A stretch of DNA of 64,000 nt. It comes from an uncultured Verrucomicrobiae bacterium (GTDB lineage: Bacteria; Verrucomicrobiota; Verrucomicrobiia; Chthoniobacterales; Chthoniobacteraceae). Each line of letters begins with the position of its first letter. Position 1 is the first letter of the stretch. Where the stretch lies: positions 256,001-320,000 of the forward strand of contig CAWHEP010000010.1 of NCBI GenBank assembly GCA_963828525.1, in the 5' to 3' direction. Of this stretch, positions 11,301-19,292 are shown in pieces. Position numbers and translations under genes: made by a program. The notes under the pieces are model-generated. The model was given only the letters and a program-made list of their open reading frames with translations, had not been told where the DNA came from and made no database searches.

Positions 11301-12006
11301 CGGCATTCAGGGAGATCCTGAAATCCGGACGGATGGAGGAATGGACGCGGAATTCAAGATCGAGGCGTTGAGGAAGATTTATCGCGTATGAGGCGGAGCG
11401 ATTCCAATAGGGCAGCCGCAGAGCTCCGAACGCGCCGGATTCGAGCTGCGGGATATTCGGGGCGGGTCGCGTGTTCTGCCTTTCGGCCGCCATGTTAGGA
11501 TCGTTGGTAGTGACCGCCCAACCGGCATCTCCCGCAGGGCCGGCCGCGAGGAGGTTGCCGCCTTTAATACGGCGGGCGCTCAGCACCTGGGAACGGGAGA
11601 GCGCAACGTCTCCATTACGCGCGCTACGGATAGAGATTGCTTGATCGGTAATCGCGATGATGTCGCCCCGGATATTGCCGCCATCCTTCAGGACGATGAG
11701 GAACGGCTCGGAGGAGGGGAGAGAAGGGAGTGGCTGATCGATCCGGTGAATGGCCTCCCAACGGAGGACGAGTTGATCTTCGAAGAGGGGGCTCTTCCAA
11801 GAGAGACTTTCGGCGGAAGCCTCGGAGAGCTGGCCTTCAAGGGACTCACCGTTTGGCCATGTCAGCTTCGGAGTGGGCGGTGGCGCAACTTTTTGGACTC
11901 TGACAACAGGGTTGACGGGGACGCGGGCCTTTTGGCCCGTATGCAAACACAGCAGGCAAAGGAGGATGTACGCGTAATTCGAAAGGAAATCCTCTATAGT
12001 CATCAT
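8350..12006 (-). CDS. Large protein with C-terminal TlpA/redoxin thioredoxin domain
   Basis: C-terminal LDFWATWCGPC...GIDSIPQT; N-terminal repeated small beta modules (NGESLEG, DGGNIRG, DGSFLNG, AGDVLPG, NGDLLRG). Confidence 0.8.
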   Translation of the reverse strand: MMTIEDFLSNYAYILLCLLCLHTGQKARVPVNPVVRVQKVAPPPTPKLTWPNGESLEGQLSEASAESLSWKSPLFEDQLVLRWEAIHRIDQPLPSLPSSEPFLIVLKDGGNIRGDIIAITDQAISIRSARNGDVALSRSQVLSARRIKGGNLLAAGPAGDAGWAVTTNDPNMAAERQNTRPAPNIPQLESGAFGALRLPYWNRSASYAINLPQRLDLEFRVHSSIRPDFRISLNAGAKQGLILETWDEDLVVSTGDHFKAICKLTPEQREVALRVCWDAATRHCSIFSPAGEPLAEWDAPDEAMPLPKGIALQNKERDLTLDFFRLCAWDGKAPPRVDSRLPRVEMADARVLPGAITSGSAATSFTFQLSGTAAPQNFPLADVDAIIFSTDPTPLAPSAETLDFSDGSFLNGRIRSIKAGVAALDTSFTAEPFSTKLDGLRHMRITSGSAPAQVPPATLDTLHIRGVTIHGNLVNAGDASPRWLAPGAVTPSLPAKLLPFEITRAFPPHTPITACPSLLYTAAGDVLPGTLRGMDQSVVEFDSTVASFKSLPASALDAIQFTASANAPISSFDDPAWRLLKGDANTVKRSNGTLTMDPETAIGSARVMQSSEIHFSIATDNFSTVRLRMFCDGTDPAKSVNLLLARIGQLLYTGLETTSGQLDPRADTRVRPGKIPIRLVLLDSSIDLFVNGMLAQSLPIPPASRAGAGLIIEPAGVFGNGATKIVLADFSADSSPGHAPVPDINQETKSQTLTVPRFRRDDPPKHAILGPNGDLLRGEIEAATASDFAFRSGLETFTIPRDRVTAAIWLKKPPEGAAPPPAQKTAMQALLDRKLLRPKFISGATSGFLMLSLKHDFPELKFNVPQPDDSKPVTFRVTPSMTVQDELDLICRLYSLRYFIDYAGDPATIGTIVFQRLSQAPSGLLTKLYWLKPNALPAAASARELLAAKGIPFPSGASAEWQPRGAQLTMTNSPEAHTKLEALLASDFGGSLGSPTHWLLLANGARFPLAVQSFGPDLITGTHPIYGRFEVPTRDVYIIRNSPPAPSPSMNALRDWQLVYAPEPIIPDAGGETSPALGKDAKPFKLPLLATGEFDLSTQRGKITVLDFWATWCGPCVRSLPGLIASMQQFPPDKVQLIGINQGEPPAQVKQFLETRGWKLTVAMDTTQTVGRLYGIDSIPQTIIVGSDGKVAWVKTGYTPDGENEIAAAITKLLPHPK

Positions 12007-13016
12007 CGCTCGTAGATCGGGAGGAAGCGATAGTTGAGGGCGAGACCGAGAAGAGACATGCCAGTGCCGTAGGGCCCTCCGGAGAAGGAGCCATCCTCCC
12101 TTTGCAGTTCGCGCAGCTCCCTTATTTTACCTGCGTTCCACTTTTGCCACGCGGCATAATCGCCTTGGAAAAGGGCCTGCGCGGTGTAGTAGCGGTTGTA
12201 TTCCACGTATGTGCCCGCTTCGTGGTAATCGAGATTTTCGACGAGGCGCTTGAGACAAGCTTTGAACTGATCGGTTTCCTTTGTTTTGGAGACGGCGCTG
12301 ACCAGGGCGCAAATGGCGGTGAGATTCATGGAACCGCCCATGCCACCGAAGCCGCCGGAATAGGCGACGGAGCCATCCTTTCCCGTGCTGCGGCGCATGT
12401 AATCGAGGGCTCCGTTGACGGTATCATCGGGGACGTCCATGCCGGCGTTGCGCGCGGCGAGAAGGCCCATGAGGATGGCCCCTGTAACGGAGGTATCGGC
12501 GTCGGAGGCATCCGGGGAGTAACGCCAAGCGTTCAACCGATTGTTTTTGGCGGAGGTGGCGGCGCAACGGATGGCGAGGTCAAGAGCGCGGGCGATGCTT
12601 CGCGGTGGTTTGTCACCGCCCCAGACCAGCGATTCATCGACCGCGCCATAAGCCTCGGAGAGAGCCAGCATGGCAAAGCCATGGTGGTACATGCTGTTGG
12701 GAAGGTAGCCGGTTTTCTCATCCTGCTGGCTGATGATGGAGCGGATCGCGCGGCGAACGGTGGAAGCATAGCGCCCGTAATTGGGATCTTCGCCGCTGGC
12801 CAGGAAAGCCATGAGGCAGATGCCATCGACCCCGCAGCCCTGGTTGCCTTCCTTCCACGCTCCGTCCGGGGCTTGAGCCGCAGCCAGCCATGTGAGTCCA
12901 CGCTCATAAATGGCATCGACATCGGAAGAGACCTGGGTCCCGAAGCGGAGGCTCGGATCCTGGGCGGAAGCGGCAGCCGCGGAAAGCAGGAGGACAAGAA
13001 ACAGGCGGAGTTTCAT
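12003..13016 (-). CDS. Exported prenyltransferase/squalene-oxidase-repeat (alpha/alpha barrel) protein
   Basis: Signal peptide; QW-like motifs QAPDGAW and QREDGSF; MYHHGFAMLAL, WRYSP..DADTSVT; overlaps both neighbours by 4 nt. Confidence 0.85.
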   Translation of the reverse strand: MKLRLFLVLLLSAAAASAQDPSLRFGTQVSSDVDAIYERGLTWLAAAQAPDGAWKEGNQGCGVDGICLMAFLASGEDPNYGRYASTVRRAIRSIISQQDEKTGYLPNSMYHHGFAMLALSEAYGAVDESLVWGGDKPPRSIARALDLAIRCAATSAKNNRLNAWRYSPDASDADTSVTGAILMGLLAARNAGMDVPDDTVNGALDYMRRSTGKDGSVAYSGGFGGMGGSMNLTAICALVSAVSKTKETDQFKACLKRLVENLDYHEAGTYVEYNRYYTAQALFQGDYAAWQKWNAGKIRELRELQREDGSFSGGPYGTGMSLLGLALNYRFLPIYER

Positions 13017-15027
13017 TTTTTTTCGTTCACCCGTTGATCGTGCTGTTCCCGGACATTAGCCCAGTAGGAGAAGGTGTTTGCGAACTCGGGGCTGCTTGTC
13101 CATTGACCATACTGTTCCTTTGTGAGAATCGCCTTGAGAGCAGGCTCGGGGATCGCGGAAATGGGGAGATACATGCTGTAGTATTGCAGGTACCAAGGAG
13201 AACTGGAGAAATAGCTCTGGATGTCCGTCTCGTAATCTTTGAGAGCGGCATTTACGAGAGGCTGTAGCTTTTGAATCTGTCCGGGGGAGCAATACACTTT
13301 GCGCGCAAACTCGGTGAGGATTAAAAGACCGACGGCGCTGGCGCGATACTGCTGACGGGCTTCGATTTCTTTTTGCCAGAGATCGAGTTGAGGCTTCGTG
13401 AGTTCGGCATTCAGGGTCGTTTGCCAAAGAGAGCTTTTCTCGGGCGGCTCCAAATTGCGACCGGAGTAGTAGCTCTCGAAGATGTAGTCCTGAATGCCAG
13501 ACAGGCGCTGGCGGATATTCATGGGAGTGATGGATGTGAGATTCATTCTTACCGCCTGTTCGACATTGATCCGCCAGGTCCCAAGGCTTCTTTCAGCGGC
13601 CCCGCGCGCCGCAGTTTGGAGGCGGGCCGTGGAAGGCGCGGGGAGTTTTGCAACGCGAGCGATGTCTTCCGCCCGGAGGACCATGTCATCGATCATGCCC
13701 TTGCGCTTTGGCAGAGATTTCTTCTGAAGGAAGTCGGAAATTTGCGACTCGACCATTTCGGGATCGGGAAGCGGCGCGCGCGGATCGTCGACTTCCGGCG
13801 CGGGAGGCGTGTCATCGGAAGGGGCGACCTGAGAGCATGCCGCCTTCCAATGCTGGCATTGGAGAGGAATCCAAGATTGGCGTCAGATCATGATCTGTGG
13901 CCGCGGACCCGGCATGCCAGAAAACTGTCTGGTTGATGTAGCCGGATTGCCCATCGGCATCCGGGCGGGGAACGCTGTTTTTCATAAGCCGGGTGGCAAT
14001 TGGCTCCAGAGATTGGCGTTGGGCGGCGGTGAAAGCCACCTTCTGGTCGAGTTCGGCGAGCATCATCTTCCCGAGCGCCGCGGCAGAACGCAGATCGCTG
14101 TCGGCGCGGGCGGTTTCCAAGGCTTTTAATTGGGCCGGAGAGAGAACCTTTGCCAGGCCTTCCTTCCAGAGTGGCTGCTGGTCAGGCGCTTCCGTCGCCG
14201 TAACGGGCACGTAGAACTGGCCTGTGTGGGTGACTTGCTTGCGCTGGGCTTGTGTCATGCCCCAGAAGCACTTTCTCGCCGCGCTTCCTCCATTCGCTCA
14301 TTGTCTTCTGAATAGCGGCTGTGGCGAGGGAGTCGAGCCGGGCGGCAGTGGGTTTATCGAGGACCAGAGCCGTCTTGATGGAAGCAGCTTTCTGGTGGAT
14401 CGCCGTTTTGTACTGGGCCCGGATGGCATCCTGGCTGGAATCGAGAAGGTTGGCGGTTTGCTTGAGGATGGCCGCAGCGCGATCACTCTTCGCTTTTTCC
14501 CACGCCGCAGCTTGAGAAGGAGTGAGGGTCTTCGCGAGAGCCTGTTTCCAGGTCGCGGTCTCGTCGGGGTGAACGTTCCCGGCGACCATCTGATCCAGGT
14601 AGTCCATCGGGCCTCCGTCCCCTAACTGGTCAATCTGCGACATAACCTGGGTGAGCACCTGCACCGCTTGGGAACCAGCCGCGGGTAGATCCTGCCGGAA
14701 GAGTTCGTCGATCTTGACAGACCATAATTCCATCGATTCACCGATGGCTTTTTCGCGGGCTTCCTGGATCGGCTTTGCGGCACTCGCGCTGAGGCCGGTA
14801 ACTTTCTCGATCTCGGTGATCTCCGCGTCGAGGGTTTTCCCGAGCGCTTTGCGCTGAAGGGCCGAGATCTTCTCGACAATCTCCGCCAGTTTCTTCTCGA
14901 CGGCAGGAGTGAACAGGCGCTTCGCGGGTGGCGCTTCTGGTTGAGCGAGGGTTATTGGGAAGGGGGAGGCGAGGGCGATCAGGGCGAGCGCAAGCGAAGC
15001 AAGGCGGCGGGCGTGTACAGACTGCAC
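13013..15027 (-). CDS. Exported helical-repeat hypothetical protein, copy A; apparent frameshifts at ~14262 and ~13868
   Basis: ORFs 14182..15042, 13812..14258 and 13013..13756 align consecutively with the intact paralogue 15263..17269; one extra base at each break. Confidence 0.8.
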
Positions 15028-15262
15028 GAGGGTCCGGCGCAAAGACGCGGAGCGACTGTGTTGGGTTGCGGGGGAAGATTGAGAGAGTGAAAGGATGGGC
15101 GGATTCTATCCGCAGAACGGCGCAGAATTAAACGCTGATTTTTTGGGATGGCGCGACGAGCGTTTTTCGTAGGTGGCCGGGCGGTTCCAGGCGCCCTCCG
15201 GGATGGTTGCGTCTGGAGGCCGCGTAGAGCAGGAGGACGAGAAAAAAGCGGAAGTTTTGATT

Positions 15263-17269
15263 CTATTGTTTGACCCGTTGATCGTGCTGTTCCTGGACAC
15301 CAACCCAGTTGGAGAGGGAGTTTGCGAAGTCGGCGCTGCTTGTCCATTGACCATACTGTTCCTTCGTGAGGATCGCCTTGAGAGCAGGCTTGGGGATAGC
15401 GGAAATGGGGATATCCATGCTGTAGTCTTGCAGGTACCAGGGAGAACCGGAGAAATTGCTCTGGATGTCCGGCTCAAATTCTCTGAGATCGGCGATTACG
15501 AAAGGCTCGAGCTTCTGGAGCTGTTCTTGGGAGCAGCACAGTTTCCGTCCAAACTCAGTGAGGATCAAAAGAGCGATGGCGCTGGCGCGATACTGCTGGC
15601 GGGCTTGTATTTCCTTTCGCCAGAGATCGAGTTGAGGCTTGGTGAGTTCGGCATTGAGCGCCGTTAGCCAAAGAGAGCTTTTCTCGGGCGGCTCCAAATT
15701 GCGACCGGAGTAGTAGCTCTCGAAGATATAGTCCTGGATGCCAGACAGGCGCAGGCGAATATTGGTGGGAGTGATGGACGTGAGATTGTTTCTCAGCGCC
15801 TGCTCGAAATTGATTCGGCAGGTAACAAAACTTCTTTCAGCGGCGCCGCGCGCCGCAGTTTGAAGGCGATCCGTAGAAGGCGCGGGTAGTTTTGCGGCGC
15901 GAGCGATGTCCTCCGCGCGGAGGACCATGTCATCGATCATGCCCTTGCGCTTCGGCAGAGATTTCTTCTGAAGAAAATCGGAAATTTGTGATTCGACCAT
16001 TTCGGGCTCGGGAGGCGGAGAGCGCGGATCCTCCACCTCGGGGGCGGGAGGCGTATCATCGGGAGGAGAGACTTGAGAGCATGCCTCCTTCCAATGCTTG
16101 CATTGTAGAGGATCCAGGATCGGCGTTAGATCATGATCGGTGGCAGCGGACCCGGCATGCCAGAAGACAGTCTGGTCGATGTCGCCGGATTGCTCATCGG
16201 CCTCGGGGCGGGGAGCGCTGGTTTTCATGAGCCGGGTGGCAATAGGCTCCAAAGATTGGCGTTGATTTGCGGTGAAAGCCACCTTCTGGTCGAGTTCGGC
16301 AAGCATCATCTTTCCGAGCACTGTGGCAGAGCGCAGATCGCTTTCGGCGCGGGCGGTTTCCAGCGCCTGCAACTGGGTCGGCGAGAGAACCGTTGCCAGA
16401 CCTTCCTTCCAGAGTGGCTGCTGGTCAGGCGCATCCCCTGGCGCAACGCGTATATAGAACCGGCGTCTGCGCATGACTTGCGCTCGTTCGGTCGGTGTCA
16501 TGCGCAGGAGCACTTTCTCACCGCGCCTCCTCCATTCGGCCATCGTCTTCTGAACAGCGGCAGTGGCAAGGGAGTCTAGCCGGTTCGCAGTGCACTTATC
16601 GAGGAGAAGGGCCGCCTTAATAAAAGCAGTTTTTTGACAAATGGCCGTTTCGTACACGACGCGCGTGGCGTCCTGGAGAGCCCCTAGCCGGTCGGCTGCT
16701 TCCTTGAGGATCGCGGCTGCGTGATCGCTCATCGCTTTCGCCCACGCAGCAGCCTGAGAAGGAGTGAAGGTCTTCGCGAGCGCTTGTTTCCAAGCTGCAG
16801 TCTCGTCCGGATAGAGGTAATCGGGGATCATCTGATCCGTGTAGTACATATTGGCCCCGCTTCCCAACTGACTAATTTCCGATGTGACCTCGGTCAGGAC
16901 CTGCATCGCTTGAGAGTCAGCCACGGGTAAACCTTGCCGGAAGGAATTCTCGAATTGGACCGACGTCTGCCCCATCGATTCACCGATAGCTTTTTCGCAG
17001 GCGGCTTGGATCGGCTCTGCGTCACTCGCGCTAAGGCCGGTGACTTTCTCAATCTCGGTGATCTCCGTATCGAGAGTTTTCCCGAGCGCCTTGCGCTGAA
17101 TGGCTGAAATCTTCTCGAGAACCACCGCTAGCTTCTTCTCAACGGCAGGAGAAAATAGACGCTTTGCTTGCGGGGCTTCTGATTGAGCGAGGGCTTTTGG
17201 GACGAGGGACCCGAGGGCAATCAGGGCAAGCGCAGTCGAAGCAAGGCGGCGGGAGCGACGAGACTTCAT
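15263..17269 (-). CDS. Exported helical-repeat hypothetical protein, copy B
   Basis: Intact ORF; likely start MKSRRSRR at 17269 followed by a signal peptide; collinear with copy A. Confidence 0.8.
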   Translation of the reverse strand: MKSRRSRRLASTALALIALGSLVPKALAQSEAPQAKRLFSPAVEKKLAVVLEKISAIQRKALGKTLDTEITEIEKVTGLSASDAEPIQAACEKAIGESMGQTSVQFENSFRQGLPVADSQAMQVLTEVTSEISQLGSGANMYYTDQMIPDYLYPDETAAWKQALAKTFTPSQAAAWAKAMSDHAAAILKEAADRLGALQDATRVVYETAICQKTAFIKAALLLDKCTANRLDSLATAAVQKTMAEWRRRGEKVLLRMTPTERAQVMRRRRFYIRVAPGDAPDQQPLWKEGLATVLSPTQLQALETARAESDLRSATVLGKMMLAELDQKVAFTANQRQSLEPIATRLMKTSAPRPEADEQSGDIDQTVFWHAGSAATDHDLTPILDPLQCKHWKEACSQVSPPDDTPPAPEVEDPRSPPPEPEMVESQISDFLQKKSLPKRKGMIDDMVLRAEDIARAAKLPAPSTDRLQTAARGAAERSFVTCRINFEQALRNNLTSITPTNIRLRLSGIQDYIFESYYSGRNLEPPEKSSLWLTALNAELTKPQLDLWRKEIQARQQYRASAIALLILTEFGRKLCCSQEQLQKLEPFVIADLREFEPDIQSNFSGSPWYLQDYSMDIPISAIPKPALKAILTKEQYGQWTSSADFANSLSNWVGVQEQHDQRVKQ

Positions 17270-17462
17270 GGGAGTTTGACGCAGAGACGCGGAGCGACTG
17301 TGTTGGGTTGTAAAGGGAAGGTCCAGGGAGTGAGAGGATGGGCAGATTCTATCCGTAGATCGGCGCAGAATTAAACCGCAGACTTTTGGGGGTGGCGCGC
17401 GAGTTCGGGATTTATCGCTGTTTAGGCTCGCGGGGAGAAGCGAAGGGCGCAAAAGTCTTTGG

Positions 17463-19130
17463 GTGAAAGAGAATTTGAGGGACAGCCCTGGCGTCGCCTC
17501 GGCGAGGTTGTCGAAGGCCGAGAACGCCCTGTTTTTTCTGGGGCTAGCGGCACTGCTTACCTTGCAGTGTATTCTTTTTCGGAATTCCGGGGCTCTGTGG
17601 AGGGATGAGATTCATAGCGTGGTGCTTGCCCGGATGCCGCACTGGACGACGATGTTCGCGTCGCTCTATGTGGATTCATTTCCGGCGCTCTGGGTCACTC
17701 TTCTGAGACTTTGGATCGTGGTGAGTTCATCGGAGGAATGGCTGCGAGCCATCGGGCCTCTGATGTACGTGGCGGCGCTAACCGCGCTATGGGTCGGCGC
17801 GCGCTGGAGCGGGGCGCGGGTTCCCATCCTCGCGCTGGCTTTTGTCGGGTTCAATCCCGCGATCTTCTATTATGGGAGCTCGCTTCGAGCTTACGGGCTG
17901 GCTTTGGGGCTGATCCTCCTGCTGTTTGGCGCAGTATGGCGGATGACGGAATCACCCCGGTGGCAAACGACTTTCGGCGCGGGGGCGCTGGCGATCTTGA
18001 GCGCGAACGCGAATTACCAGAATAGCTATCTCATCTTCGCGATCTGCGGCGCGGGGGCGTCGCTTTGCTTCGCGCGGGGTTTATGGCGGCGAGGTTTATC
18101 CGTTCTGGGTTGTGGCGTGGTGGCGGCCATTTCGCTGACGCCTTATCTGAATACGATCCGGCGGTTCACGGCGGGGGGCGTGATCCGGCAGAAAGTGATC
18201 ACGCCTGGCTCGTTGCTGATGGAGTTCTGCGAGGTGTTCGACTCGGCGCGGTGGATAATATTGCCAGCGATCTTGCTGTTGTTTGTGCTGCTTGCCTGCG
18301 CGTTCGCGCGCGGCTGGATCGTACGGAAGGGCGCGTGGCTTGATGAGCGGGGCGGGCGGGCGTCGTTTTACGGGTTGCTGGTGATTCTGCTCGCGGTTGC
18401 CACGCTTTACCGGTTTATGCTTGCGGCGGGGTTCCCAACATTTCCGTGGCATTACATCCCGTTCCTGGGCCTGGTGATGCTGGCGCTGGATACAGGGCTG
18501 GACGGAATCCTGGGAGCGGCTCCTCCGGCGCGAGTGGCCCGGCTGGCAATCGCGCTGGGGATCATGGTGGCAAGCGCCTGCCCGTGGGGCCGGCTGGGGC
18601 CCGTGTGGACAGCGGCGCGCGTCCGAAGGACGAACATGGATCTCATCGCCAAAGACATCGCGGGGGTGGCGTCGCGCAACGATCTGGTGCTGGTGTCGCC
18701 ATTTTGGTATAGCTACTCGTTCAAGTATTACTACAAAGGCGGCGCGTCCTGGTCCACGCTGCCAATGGTGCCGCCCGAGCAGATCGATCTTGAGTATGAC
18801 TCGATGAAACCACTGATGGCGGAACGCGAGCCGCTCGCGCCCACGCTATCGCGCATCCGCGACACGTTGCGAGGAGGGGGACGGGTGTGGGTGGCGGGCC
18901 GACTGGCAGTCGGAGAGGCTGGCTCCACGCCGCCGACCATTTCGCCCGCGCCGGACCCGGTGTACGGCTGGGACAATGTGCAATATATGACTGTATGGAG
19001 TTTGCAGACATCGTCATATCTTTCCCGGCATGTCACGCGCTTGATTACGGGAGTAGAGGAGGGTGATCGCAACCCGGTAAACGCGCTGGAGCATGGTTGC
19101 ATCAGCATGGCTGAGGGATGGAGAGACTGA
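17463..19130 (+). CDS. Polytopic membrane protein, GT-C (ArnT/PMT, GT39-like) glycosyltransferase-like
   Basis: LWRDE motif after TM1, DSFPAL, LRAYGL, multiple TMs and a soluble C-terminal domain. Confidence 0.65.
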   Translation: MKENLRDSPGVASARLSKAENALFFLGLAALLTLQCILFRNSGALWRDEIHSVVLARMPHWTTMFASLYVDSFPALWVTLLRLWIVVSSSEEWLRAIGPLMYVAALTALWVGARWSGARVPILALAFVGFNPAIFYYGSSLRAYGLALGLILLLFGAVWRMTESPRWQTTFGAGALAILSANANYQNSYLIFAICGAGASLCFARGLWRRGLSVLGCGVVAAISLTPYLNTIRRFTAGGVIRQKVITPGSLLMEFCEVFDSARWIILPAILLLFVLLACAFARGWIVRKGAWLDERGGRASFYGLLVILLAVATLYRFMLAAGFPTFPWHYIPFLGLVMLALDTGLDGILGAAPPARVARLAIALGIMVASACPWGRLGPVWTAARVRRTNMDLIAKDIAGVASRNDLVLVSPFWYSYSFKYYYKGGASWSTLPMVPPEQIDLEYDSMKPLMAEREPLAPTLSRIRDTLRGGGRVWVAGRLAVGEAGSTPPTISPAPDPVYGWDNVQYMTVWSLQTSSYLSRHVTRLITGVEEGDRNPVNALEHGCISMAEGWRD

Positions 19131-19292
19131 GCTTGTTCCCACGAGCTCCCTGGTTTCGCTCATAGCCTACGGCCAAATAAGCACGCTGGCGCGATTATCG
19201 GCTACCAGTGATCTGTCCACTTGTCTTAAATATTTTCCTCTACGCAAGATATTTGGAATAGCTTTGCTGGTTTCCCCGTCAATATCTCCGCT

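Larger units (their letters stand above)
12977..17400. repeat. Diverged tandem duplication of a ~2.2 kb unit (12977..~15160 and 15219..~17400)
   Basis: Coding regions, upstream non-coding DNA (gacgcggagcgactgtgttgggttg..gattctatccg..ggcgcagaattaaac) and the first codons of the downstream cyclase-like gene are present twice. Confidence 0.85.

Noticed and set aside
12003..13016. Hopanoid/terpene biosynthetic cluster (with dxr/ispG in the window)
   Set aside because: Single exported barrel of 337 aa without the DXDD motif or two-domain size of squalene-hopene cyclase; dxr/ispG are ~43 kb away in their ordinary housekeeping operon
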